The position numbers and the translations under genes are program-made. The notes below the pieces were generated by a model. It did no database searches. It was given only the letters and a program-made list of their open reading frames with translations, and was not told the origin of the DNA. Shown here in pieces: positions 1 to 8,399 of a DNA stretch of 64,000 nucleotides (its first letter is position 1; each line of letters starts with the position of its first letter). This stretch comes from Sphingobacteriales bacterium (GTDB taxonomy: Bacteria; Bacteroidota; Bacteroidia; UKL13-3), in assembly GCA_021299635.1 (NCBI GenBank), contig JAJTFA010000003.1:145795-209794 (forward strand), written 5' to 3'.

Positions 1-1
1 A

Positions 2-349
2 ATCGAATATGATGCGGAAATTCCTTTAAGGGCAATTACACCCAAATTTTTTAGTGTACTCAAACAATTTTCACCTTTTGGTCCGGGTAATATGAATCCG
101 GTATTTATGAGTAAAAATGTTTGGGATGTTGGTGATGTAATGATTGTGGGCAATAATCATTTAAAAATGAGTTTAACCCAGGAAGAGGGTGGACGTATAT
201 TTAAAGCCATTGCCTTTGGCTTAGGAGAGCACTATGATAAAGTTTCACAAGGCATTTCATTTGATATTTGCTATACCATAGAAGAAAATCATTTCAATGG
301 GCACGTTAATCTTCAAATCAATATTAAGGATATTACTTTCAGGAATTGA
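2..349 (+). CDS. recJ: RecJ-like single-stranded-DNA exonuclease, C-terminal fragment (5' end outside window)
   Basis: Frame 2 is open from base 2. The translation IEYDAEIPLRAITPKFFSVLKQFSPFGPGNMNPVF...ENHFNGHVNLQINIKDI resembles the conserved RecJ C-terminal region (FGxGNxxPxF). A strong terminator hairpin follows. Confidence 0.7.
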   Translation: MEYDAEIPLRAITPKFFSVLKQFSPFGPGNMNPVFMSKNVWDVGDVMIVGNNHLKMSLTQEEGGRIFKAIAFGLGEHYDKVSQGISFDICYTIEENHFNGHVNLQINIKDITFRN

Positions 350-366
350 CGGCATAACCAACTAAA

Positions 367-396
367 CAAAAAACCCCGCACATGCGGGGTTTTTTG
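367..396. terminator. Bidirectional rho-independent terminator between convergent genes
   Basis: GC-rich hairpin ccccgca(374-380)/tgcgggg(383-389), flanked by an A-run upstream and a T-run downstream. It sits between the recJ stop and the stop of the minus-strand DUF2795 gene. Confidence 0.75.
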
Positions 397-618
397 TTAC
401 AATTCGTCTTCGTTGTAAAAATAATCTTCATTGGTTGGATAATCCGGCCAAACCTCTTCAATACTTTCAAAAGGCTCTCCGTCATCTTCAAGCTCCTGCA
501 GGTTTTCAATTACCTCAAGCGGTGCCCCTGAGCGTATTGCATAATCTATTAATTCATCTTTTGTTGCCGGCCAAGGCGCATCATCCAGATAGGAAGCCAA
601 TTCAAGTGTCCAGTACAT
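397..618 (-). CDS. DUF2795-family small acidic protein
   Basis: 73-aa ORF with an ATG start. The segment PATKDELIDYAIRSGAPLEVIENLQEL matches the DUF2795 signature as I remember it. Confidence 0.65.
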   Translation of the reverse strand: MYWTLELASYLDDAPWPATKDELIDYAIRSGAPLEVIENLQELEDDGEPFESIEEVWPDYPTNEDYFYNEDEL

Positions 619-709
619 AGTGTGTATCTTTTTTCTATGCGCGAATATAAAATTATTGATATTTGAACGTATAAAATTTTCGCAATGTGCAAAAGATGTT
701 TAAATGCCT

Positions 710-1780
710 TTAAATGAGGATGTTTTGTACGGTTTGTTGCTTATTGATTTTGTCACCCGGTGTTTTTACAAATGCTTTGGCTACCAAAAACGCTTTTGGA
801 ACAGCATAAGCTGAAATATTTTTATGGATGGCGCCTTTCCATTGTTCAAGGATTTTTTCATCAGGTAAATTACCCTCAAACACGGCAATAATTTTATCGC
901 CCAGTTTTGCATCAGGCACTGCAGTTACAAAAAATTTAACTTGAGGTGCCAGTTGCTCAAGCCATATTTCAATCTCTCTGATATGAAACTTTATGCCTCC
1001 GCTATTCACCACTTCATCTGCTCTGCCAATAATTAAAAAATGTGTTTCATCTATCATTGTTGCCATATCATTTGTAGATAACCATTGGTTATGTGTAGCA
1101 ACATTGCATATACACAAACAATCACGTTCATCGAGTTTAATACGTGTGCCGGGCAAGGTTTGGTATGCGGTATCTTTTATATTTCTGAGCGCAATATGAC
1201 TAATGGTTTCTGTCATTCCATACGTATGCCAAACAGATGCTGTGCATGTGCTTAATATGTTATTGAGCTTACCTGATAACGGTGCACCACCAATGAGTAT
1301 GTGTTTAAACCTGTTTAGCTTTTGCAGCAATGTGTTGCTGTTTTCTTCTATTAGTGTAGCCAGTTGCAAAGGCACAAATGAGGCAAACGTGTAGGTGTGT
1401 TCTGATGGAATTTGATGAAGAATTTGTGCTGAAGGAACCAGCACGGTAATGCGGCAATCCAATACCATGGCTCTTACCAGCATCATGGCACCACCAATCA
1501 TGTGCGGGTTTATACAAAGTAGAATGTGTTCGGTTGAATTGAGATGTAAGGCATCGATGGTATTTTGTGCACTCCACAACATTTGCTCACGACTCACTTC
1601 TATGGCCTTAGGAGTGCCGGTTGAACCCGATGTATGAAAGATAAAACTACTTGTTCCTTTTAACCACTGTTTGCAAAACGTAAGCGCAAAACGGCCTGTT
1701 TCGCCACACGATTCAAAGCGGCTTTCATCAGCAGTTTTTAAATCTTCCCAGCTATAGCATATGTCTTGCACTTGTATCAT
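710..1780 (-). CDS. AMP-dependent synthetase/ligase, short form (O-succinylbenzoate-CoA ligase-like)
   Basis: 356 aa with AMP-binding motif I HTSGSTGTPKAI, YGMTE and a GRADEVVNSGGIK hinge region. The size is typical of short Bacteroidota MenE-type ligases. The substrate is not determinable from sequence. Confidence 0.6.
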   Translation of the reverse strand: MIQVQDICYSWEDLKTADESRFESCGETGRFALTFCKQWLKGTSSFIFHTSGSTGTPKAIEVSREQMLWSAQNTIDALHLNSTEHILLCINPHMIGGAMMLVRAMVLDCRITVLVPSAQILHQIPSEHTYTFASFVPLQLATLIEENSNTLLQKLNRFKHILIGGAPLSGKLNNILSTCTASVWHTYGMTETISHIALRNIKDTAYQTLPGTRIKLDERDCLCICNVATHNQWLSTNDMATMIDETHFLIIGRADEVVNSGGIKFHIREIEIWLEQLAPQVKFFVTAVPDAKLGDKIIAVFEGNLPDEKILEQWKGAIHKNISAYAVPKAFLVAKAFVKTPGDKINKQQTVQNILI

Positions 1781-1872
1781 TCACTGCAAAGTAATGATAA
1801 TTGATATGAATTAATGGATTAACTGCAATGCTTGGAACATTGTTTTCGTTTTAAGTAAATCCATACACTGGT

Positions 1873-2601
1873 TTATTCAGATTCCTTTTTTGCCAATCGT
1901 TTTCGCTCAGCCTCCTGCGCTTCTTCAAATGCAATTCCTTTGGTTATATCAAACGTATCTAATAAAAATTGGGTGTATTTTATTTTTTGCCCTTTGGCCA
2001 TAAACTTTTGTTCGTAATAGGTTTTAATTTCTTTGAGGTAGGCAGATGCATTGGGGTTGTGGTGCACATCATGGTCAATGGCCAGGGGGGTAATACCTAC
2101 TTGCGGCAACATATCTATGGTGAAATGAAACAACTCATCGGAGTCGGTTTTAAAGTTTACCAACCCACCGGGTTTTAAGATTTGCTTGTATAGCGTTAAA
2201 TACCTTGGATGTGTTAAGCGGTGTTTGGCATGGCGCAGTTTGGGAAAAGGATCGGGAAAGGTGATCCAAATTTCATCTACCTCTGCCTGCGCAAACACCT
2301 CTGTAATTTTATACATGAGCAAACGAGCAAATGCCACATTGTGCAAACCTTGTTCTTTTGCAATGCCTGCGCCACGCCACATGCGGTTGCTTTTAATATC
2401 AATGCCAATAAAGTTTTTATCAGGAAAAGTGTCAGCTAACGAAATGGAATATTCGCCCTTGCCGCAACCCAATTCCACTGCAATGGGATTATTGTTTTTA
2501 AATACATCACTTCGCCATTTCCCTTTTAATTCATACGGAAAATCAAAACAATGATCGAACTGCTTAAACTCTGCAAAACGTCTGATTTTATCTTTAGGCA
2601 T
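1873..2601 (-). CDS. trmB: tRNA (guanine-N7)-methyltransferase
   Basis: SAM motif VELGCGKGEYS and a TrmB-like core (FPDPFPKLRHAKHRL). I start at the internal ATG (2599-2601, MPKDKIRRF...). The upstream 36 codons of the maximal ORF run through a low-complexity intergenic repeat. Confidence 0.85.
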   Translation of the reverse strand: MPKDKIRRFAEFKQFDHCFDFPYELKGKWRSDVFKNNNPIAVELGCGKGEYSISLADTFPDKNFIGIDIKSNRMWRGAGIAKEQGLHNVAFARLLMYKITEVFAQAEVDEIWITFPDPFPKLRHAKHRLTHPRYLTLYKQILKPGGLVNFKTDSDELFHFTIDMLPQVGITPLAIDHDVHHNPNASAYLKEIKTYYEQKFMAKGQKIKYTQFLLDTFDITKGIAFEEAQEAERKRLAKKESE

Positions 2602-2630
2602 AAGGCTGCAAAGAAATGAAAAAAAGAATT

Positions 2631-2766
2631 GAGAAGCGAGAGACGAGAAACGAGACAAAAGAAGAAAGACCGCTGTGCTCAAAGAGGAAAGAAGCGAGAT
2701 GTGCGACAAAATTTTCTAATTTTTCAATCTTCTAATAACAAACCCGCAATCACAACCCGCAATCAC
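2631..2766 (+). repeat. Intergenic composite repeat, copy A (purine-rich gagaaacgaga module plus tctaat/caatct short-period module)
   Basis: gcgagagacgagaaacgagac...gaaagaccgctgtgctcaaagaggaaaga...gatgtgcgac followed by ttttctaatttttcaatcttctaataacaaaccc. The reverse complement recurs at 8024-8140. The tctaat module recurs at 11221-11345. Confidence 0.7.
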
Positions 2767-4040
2767 TCTCCTTCTTTTACCGGAAGAATATCACTGAGTT
2801 TTACACTCAATTTAATTTCGCCAGTTAACAGATATTTAAGCATTGGTCCGGCAAGAATAGAAGTAAGCACTGCCATTACCACCAAGGCAACAAACAATGG
2901 CAGGGTAATGAGTCCGGCCTGAAGGGCAAGCAAGCCTAATACAATTTCCATGGCTCCGCGTGCATTCATACCAAAACCAACAGCCAAGGCTTGTTTAACG
3001 GTAAGCTTTCCCCACAGGGCACCAAGTCCTGCACCCAGTAATTTTGTTACAACCGCAATACCGGTTACTATCAATACCAGAACAAGATCAAAGTTGGCTA
3101 TAAAATCAACTTTAAAACCAATGAATACAAAAAACAGCGGTGCAAAAATATTGGTAATAAACTGATGAATAATATCTCTCGTCTTTTCATTTAAGTGAGC
3201 AGAATCGCCAATGGCTATACCCATAATAAATGCACCGAAAATGGCATGAATGCCAATTTTTTCTGTGAAAGCAGCACCTAAAAAAGCAAAGCCCAAGGAG
3301 AAGGCAAGCACCCCACCGGGCCAACTTAAGTTGCGTTGAGCCCAAGGCAGTGATTTGTTGATGAGGATGCGTCCGGCAGTAAGTATCACAACGGCATACA
3401 ACAACGTTAAGCCTAGTGTATTCAAAAATTCATAAGAGCTGGTGCCACTATGCATCATGCCTAAAACTACGGAAAAAAGAATCCAGCCAATTACATCATC
3501 AAACATGGCAGCTGCAATGATTATCATGCCGATTTTGGTTTTAAATAAATCAAGATCCATTAAGGTGCGTGCAATTACCGGAAGCGCGGTAATGGCCATA
3601 GCTGTGGCAAAAAATAAACTAAAAACCAGTTGGCTGCTTTGAGCCCCATCTCCAAAATAGGGGAATAGCATATTGCCCGAAAAATATCCTAAGGTGAGCG
3701 TAGATATTAAACCTACAAAACTTGTTTTAAGGGCTGTTTTACTTTGTTGCCTTATCACAGAAAATTCAACTTCCATACCTGCAGCAAACAGCAGCATAAT
3801 AACAGAAACAGTGCTGATGCCATTTAGCACCAAACCAACATGGCCTTGTGTGGTAAAGACAACTTCATTGAGCTGAGGGAAATATTTACCCAGCAAGCTG
3901 GGTCCGAGGCAAATTCCGGCCAATAACTCGCCCACCACCAAAGGCATTTTAAGTTTTCTGAAAAATTCACCTAACAACCTACCCGCAAGCAGCATGATGC
4001 CAATTGCAACCAGAAGATTGATGGTTTCGTTATGGTTCAT
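2763..4040 (-). CDS. Cation:proton antiporter (CPA2/Kef-like Na+/H+ exchanger family)
   Basis: 425 aa, polytopic and hydrophobic throughout, with an N-terminus typical of this family (LLAGRLLGEFFRKLKMPLVVGELLAGICLGPS). Confidence 0.8.
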   Translation of the reverse strand: MNHNETINLLVAIGIMLLAGRLLGEFFRKLKMPLVVGELLAGICLGPSLLGKYFPQLNEVVFTTQGHVGLVLNGISTVSVIMLLFAAGMEVEFSVIRQQSKTALKTSFVGLISTLTLGYFSGNMLFPYFGDGAQSSQLVFSLFFATAMAITALPVIARTLMDLDLFKTKIGMIIIAAAMFDDVIGWILFSVVLGMMHSGTSSYEFLNTLGLTLLYAVVILTAGRILINKSLPWAQRNLSWPGGVLAFSLGFAFLGAAFTEKIGIHAIFGAFIMGIAIGDSAHLNEKTRDIIHQFITNIFAPLFFVFIGFKVDFIANFDLVLVLIVTGIAVVTKLLGAGLGALWGKLTVKQALAVGFGMNARGAMEIVLGLLALQAGLITLPLFVALVVMAVLTSILAGPMLKYLLTGEIKLSVKLSDILPVKEGE

Positions 4041-4052
4041 TGTGCCGGCTTT

Positions 4053-4928
4053 TTAATCATCTATTCTTGAATGTATAATCATTAAATCGCAAGGCAAATC
4101 GGCCAATGCATATTCAATATCATGAGGGAAAACACGGTCAATAACATTGAGTTTGGTATCCGGTGAGTTAAGCACCAGTAAATCGGCTTTATTATCACGT
4201 GCATATTTGGTAATAACAAATCCGGGTTTGCCTTCAAGCCTTTCTATATTTACTTTCAGATTTCCGCAATCTGTACAACGCAAAATTTCGTCTAGTTTTT
4301 CTTTTTCATGCTTCAGTACTTTCTCGCGGTTGCTATCTGCTTCATTATCGGTAAAAGCATCAGAGCGTATAAGCGCAAGTTTGCCCGGGTCTTCTTCCTG
4401 TATTACATCTACCATGCGTGCATGGGCGGCTTTCGCTACATAAATGGCAGCCTCAATGGTGTTTACGGTTTTGGGATTATCACTTCCTTCTACCACAATG
4501 CGTTCAAATGGCCTCGAGAGTAGATCAGGCTCTCTAAGCATTAGGATGCTGCATTTGGCTTTGCGGCAAAGTTTGCGTGCCACTGACCCCAAAAAATACT
4601 TCAGTAAGCTTTCTTTTTCCAAAGCACCTGCTACCAGTAAATCAACCTGCCGGGCTTTACATACCTCCAGAATTTTATCAACCGGATCGCCTGTTTCCCA
4701 AACCACTTCGTTTCCTAGCCCATTTAACTGAAACCGTTGCAATTGTTCATTCAGGTATGATTCCTGTTGCTGGTCGTGGCTACCCACATGTATAAATAGC
4801 AGCGGGGCTTTAAAAGTATCCTGCAACCTTTTTGATGCAGCTAAAATAGCTTCGGTATTAGGCGAAAACGCTACTGCAACTGCAATTCTTTCAAACGGAT
4901 AAGCAGCTTTTTTCTCAATATTACTCAT
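4053..4928 (-). CDS. Universal stress protein, tandem Usp domains
   Basis: 291 aa with two Usp-like halves (RIAVAVAFSPN...; ADLLVLNS...PCDLMIIH). Adjacent to the antiporter on the same strand. Confidence 0.7.
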   Translation of the reverse strand: MSNIEKKAAYPFERIAVAVAFSPNTEAILAASKRLQDTFKAPLLFIHVGSHDQQQESYLNEQLQRFQLNGLGNEVVWETGDPVDKILEVCKARQVDLLVAGALEKESLLKYFLGSVARKLCRKAKCSILMLREPDLLSRPFERIVVEGSDNPKTVNTIEAAIYVAKAAHARMVDVIQEEDPGKLALIRSDAFTDNEADSNREKVLKHEKEKLDEILRCTDCGNLKVNIERLEGKPGFVITKYARDNKADLLVLNSPDTKLNVIDRVFPHDIEYALADLPCDLMIIHSRIDD

Positions 4929-5019
4929 GCATACAAAAATAGAAATCTCTGCTTACCAAATGCAGATTAATTTTCAGTTATGTAATTGTGCGGAGGTTTA
5001 TTAAACTTGCCACTTTATC

Positions 5020-7071
5020 ATGGTAAAAAAAGATTTATTAATAGAGGCTTACTCCCTAATGTGCACGGCAAGGGCCATGGCAGAAATGTATGATGCCAAC
5101 CGCAATATTTGCAAGTATGTACACTCTACCTCCAAGGGACATGAAGCCATACAGTTGGCCACAGGCATGCAGCTGAAACCGTATGATTATGCCGCACCCT
5201 ACTATCGTGATGAATCCATGCTGCTGGGCATGGGGCTAAGTCCGTATGAGTTAATGTTGCAATTGTTGGGTAAGGCTGATGATCCGTTTTCAGGTGGGCG
5301 CACGTATTATGCACATCCCAGCCTAAATAGAGAAGAGTTCCCGAAAATGCCACACCAAAGCAGTGCCACCGGTATGCAGGCTATTCCGGCCACCGGTATG
5401 GCTCATGGCATAGCTTATAAAGAGCGGGAAGGAATTAATAAAAAAGGAGAATATCCGGTAGTGCTTTGTTCTTTCGGAGATGGCTCAATAACAGAAGGAG
5501 AGGTTGCCGAGGCTTTTCAAATGGCTGTGCTTAAGCAACTGCCCATTATCTATCTGGTGCAGGATAACGAGTGGGGAATTTCGGCCAGTGCAGATGAAAT
5601 GCGTGCCATGGATGCCTATGAATATGCAGCAGGCTTTAAAGGATTAAAACGCATGCGGGTTGATGGAAGTGATTTTGTTGAGGCATATGAAGCCATGACA
5701 GAAGCTATTGATTATGTAAGAAATAACAGAAAGCCCATATTGGTTCATGCGCGTATTCCTTTGCTGGGGCATCATACATCAGGTGTTAGAAAGGAATGGT
5801 ACCGAAGTGAGGATGATTTGGAGAAACACGCCAAAGATGATCCCATTCCCAAAATGCGCAAGCTATTACTTGAGATAGGATTGGAAGAAAAAGAGTTAAT
5901 TGAAATTGAAAAAGACGCTGCCAATAAAGTTGATCAACAATTTAAGCAGGCTGTAGAAGCTGCAGAGCCAGACCCTGCAACGGTTGAAGAGCATGTGTTT
6001 ACACCAAGCGGAGCAACGGAAGAAATGGGCAACCGTAAACCCAATGGAAAAGAACCGGTGGTGATGGTGGATGCGGCATTGCATGCCGTGGATGAGTTGA
6101 TGGCAAGGCATCCGGAGTGTATTTTTTACGGGCAGGATGTGGGTGCACGTTTAGGCGGGGTTTTTCGCGAAGCGGCTACCTTGGCCAAAAAATATGGCGA
6201 TAACCGCGTGTTTAATACACCTATACAAGAAGCATATATTGTAGGCTCTACGGTTGGTATGAGTGCCGTAGGTGTGAAGCCGATTGTAGAAATTCAGTTT
6301 GCCGATTATGTGTGGACCGGAGTAAATCAGCTGGTATGTGAAATAACCAAATCGTGCTACCTAACCATGGGAAAATATCCGGTAAGCGCCATTATTCGCA
6401 TACCCATTGGTGCTTATGGAGGCGGTGGGCCCTACCACAGCGGTAGTATTGAATCCACTTTGCTTACGCTTAAAGGAATAAAAATAGCTTATCCAAGCAA
6501 TGCTGCTGATATGAAGGGCTTGATGAAGGCAGCCTATTATGATGGGAACCCGGTCATTATGTTAGAGCATAAGGGATTGTACTGGAGCAAAAATCCGGGA
6601 ACGGAAGGTGCAAAATGCATTGAGCCGGATGAAGATTATATATTACCTTTTGGCAAGGCACAAATTGTATTGGAGGCAACGGATGATGCGGTGGATAATG
6701 GCCAATCATGTGCTGTAATAACCTGGGGAATGGGGGTATACTGGAGCATGGCGGCAGCTAAGAGATTTAATGGCAGTGTTGAAGTGTTAGACTTGCGCAC
6801 ATTGCAGCCACTGGATGAGGATATGATTATGCAAATGGCAATGAAACATGGCAAGGTAATGATTGTAACAGAGGAGCCATTGCTTAACTCGTTTGCTGAA
6901 TCGCTTGCAGGCCGCATTTCACAGCAGTGCTTCCGATACCTGGATGCACCGGTAGCAACAGTGGGCTCAAAAAATTTACCGGCTGTAGCATTGAATATGG
7001 GTTTAGAGGCAGCCATGCTGCCCAATGCAGACAAGGTAGCAGAGAAAATAGAAGAACTACTGAAATATTGA
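5020..7071 (+). CDS. Thiamine-diphosphate-dependent 2-oxoacid dehydrogenase E1 component, fused alpha+beta subunits
   Basis: 683 aa. The N-terminal half is E1-alpha-like (GDGSITEGEVAEAFQMA, YLVQDNEWGIS). The C-terminal half is E1-beta/transketolase-like (FNTPIQEAYIVGSTVGMS, DLRTLQPLD). Confidence 0.8.
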   Translation: MVKKDLLIEAYSLMCTARAMAEMYDANRNICKYVHSTSKGHEAIQLATGMQLKPYDYAAPYYRDESMLLGMGLSPYELMLQLLGKADDPFSGGRTYYAHPSLNREEFPKMPHQSSATGMQAIPATGMAHGIAYKEREGINKKGEYPVVLCSFGDGSITEGEVAEAFQMAVLKQLPIIYLVQDNEWGISASADEMRAMDAYEYAAGFKGLKRMRVDGSDFVEAYEAMTEAIDYVRNNRKPILVHARIPLLGHHTSGVRKEWYRSEDDLEKHAKDDPIPKMRKLLLEIGLEEKELIEIEKDAANKVDQQFKQAVEAAEPDPATVEEHVFTPSGATEEMGNRKPNGKEPVVMVDAALHAVDELMARHPECIFYGQDVGARLGGVFREAATLAKKYGDNRVFNTPIQEAYIVGSTVGMSAVGVKPIVEIQFADYVWTGVNQLVCEITKSCYLTMGKYPVSAIIRIPIGAYGGGGPYHSGSIESTLLTLKGIKIAYPSNAADMKGLMKAAYYDGNPVIMLEHKGLYWSKNPGTEGAKCIEPDEDYILPFGKAQIVLEATDDAVDNGQSCAVITWGMGVYWSMAAAKRFNGSVEVLDLRTLQPLDEDMIMQMAMKHGKVMIVTEEPLLNSFAESLAGRISQQCFRYLDAPVATVGSKNLPAVALNMGLEAAMLPNADKVAEKIEELLKY

Positions 7072-7125
7072 ACCGGGTTTGATTAATGAGCGAAAAGATA
7101 TATTTTCGCATCCCGTTTTCATTTA

Positions 7126-7199
7126 GGGCCCATAGCTCATTCGGTTAGAGCATCTGACTCATAATCAGGGGGTGCTTGGTTCGATCCCAAGTGGGCCCA
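7126..7199 (+). tRNA. tRNA with CAT anticodon (elongator Met or lysidine-modified Ile2; not initiator-like)
   Basis: Hand-folded cloverleaf: acceptor gggccca/tgggccc, D arm gctc-attcggtta-gagc, anticodon arm tctga-ctCATaa-tcagg, T arm cttgg-ttcgatc-ccaag, discriminator A. The three G-C pairs typical of the initiator anticodon stem are absent. Confidence 0.9.
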
Positions 7200-7208
7200 C
7201 AACGTGGG

Positions 7209-7239
7209 ACCGGGCAGCGCAGGCTGACCCGGTTTTTTT
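7209..7239 (+). terminator. Rho-independent terminator after the tRNA
   Basis: Stem accggg(7209-7214)/cccggt(7228-7233) followed by a T-run. Confidence 0.6.
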
Positions 7240-7364
7240 ATGTAAAAAAACCGTTATTGGGGAAGAAGTTTATCCCGAATTGCGGAGGTAAGATTTTTAG
7301 GGGCAAACATCTTCGGACGACCCCTCAGATAAACTATTCTGCAAACATTAATTTACGCAATACT

Positions 7365-7988
7365 ATGTCAACAATATCTACAGTTATTTTCGATTTGGGT
7401 GGTGTAATTCTGAATCTTAATCAAGACCTTACACTTCGTGCATTTCAGCGCTTAGGTCTGGATTTGTCGCAAGTAAATTTTAACAGTCATATTTTTACCG
7501 ATTTTGAAACAGGTAAAATTTCTGCATCTGACTTCAGAATGGGTATTAGAAGCCATTTAAAACAGAATATTTCTGATGAGGCCATTGATACCGCATGGAA
7601 TGCTATGTTGCTAGATTTGCCTGAGCATAGACTCAAAGCTATTGAGCAACTTAGAAAAACGCACAAGGTATATTTACTAAGCAATACCAATAGCATCCAT
7701 ATCGATGCCTTTAATTCTTACTTTAAACAGCAATATCAGCCTGAAAGGTGGGTTCAGTTATTTGATAAGATTTATTACTCCTATGAAATAGGTCTGCGTA
7801 AACCCAATACCGATATTTATGATTTTGTAACAACCGATATTCAAATACAACCTGAACATTGTTTGTTTATTGACGATAGCTTAGCCAATATCAATGGAGC
7901 TGCTGATGCAGGTTTAAAAACAATACATGCCTTGGAGCCTCTTGGCGAAAAGCTTTGGAGGCAATTAAAAACAGCGCTTACAGAATAG
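7365..7988 (+). CDS. HAD-superfamily hydrolase (subfamily IA-like)
   Basis: Motif I VIFDLGGVIL, motif II LLSNTN, motif IV FIDDSLANINGA. The start is set at ATG 7365. The longer ORF from 7176 overlaps the tRNA and its terminator. Confidence 0.75.
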   Translation: MSTISTVIFDLGGVILNLNQDLTLRAFQRLGLDLSQVNFNSHIFTDFETGKISASDFRMGIRSHLKQNISDEAIDTAWNAMLLDLPEHRLKAIEQLRKTHKVYLLSNTNSIHIDAFNSYFKQQYQPERWVQLFDKIYYSYEIGLRKPNTDIYDFVTTDIQIQPEHCLFIDDSLANINGAADAGLKTIHALEPLGEKLWRQLKTALTE

Positions 7989-8023
7989 GGTTATTAAGTT
8001 TGTTTTTACGGGTTGGTCGCTAA

Positions 8024-8140
8024 AATTATAAGATTGAAAAATTGAAAGATTAGAAGATTGAAAGATTTCATTCTCTCACATCCCATGTCTTTCCTCTTTC
8101 AGCGCAGCGGTCTTTCGTCTCGTTTCTCGTTTCTCGCCTC
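8024..8140 (-). repeat. Intergenic composite repeat, copy B (reverse complement of copy A)
   Basis: The plus strand reads agattgaaaaattgaaagattagaagattgaaagattt then tctctcacatcccatgtctttcctctttcagcgcagcggtctttcgtctcgtttctcgtttctcgcctc. Reverse-complemented, it aligns with 2631-2745. Confidence 0.7.
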
Positions 8141-8399
8141 TTTCATATCATTCAAACCTCCCAATGCCTTATGTGTTACATCTACTAGTAAAAATTTTAC
8201 TCTTTTCCCAGCTGAAAATCAAATTGTATTTCAAAGTACTGAAAACCACATTTATTAATAATTCTCCACAAGCACTGTTGCAGTAAATATAGGATGTGAA
8301 AAACGCAATGGCAATAAAATTAAGGCTTTCAGCCATTGTGCATGAAAAGGTTTTAATTGGACACCACATGGTTTTTAATTTTGCATCTTGTTTTAAATC

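Noticed and set aside
2602-2922. N-terminal extension of trmB (to 2709) and the plus-strand ORF 2629-2922
   Set aside because: Both translate the purine/pyrimidine-rich repeat into low-complexity peptide (SLLSSLS..., RRETRQKKKD...). The conserved TrmB sequence begins at the ATG at 2601, and 2763 onward is occupied by the antiporter gene on the other strand.
7176-7364. Long N-terminal extension of the HAD hydrolase ORF
   Set aside because: It overlaps the 3' end of the tRNA and its terminator hairpin. The conserved HAD motif I (DLGGV) follows directly after the ATG at 7365.
8058-8369. Two overlapping 66-aa ORFs (8058-8258 plus strand, 8169-8369 minus strand) upstream of the DnaB-like gene
   Set aside because: The first is generated by the low-complexity intergenic repeat, and the equivalent repeat at 2631-2766 also yields a spurious ORF. 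The second has no start context or recognisable features. I treat this region as promoter or leader.
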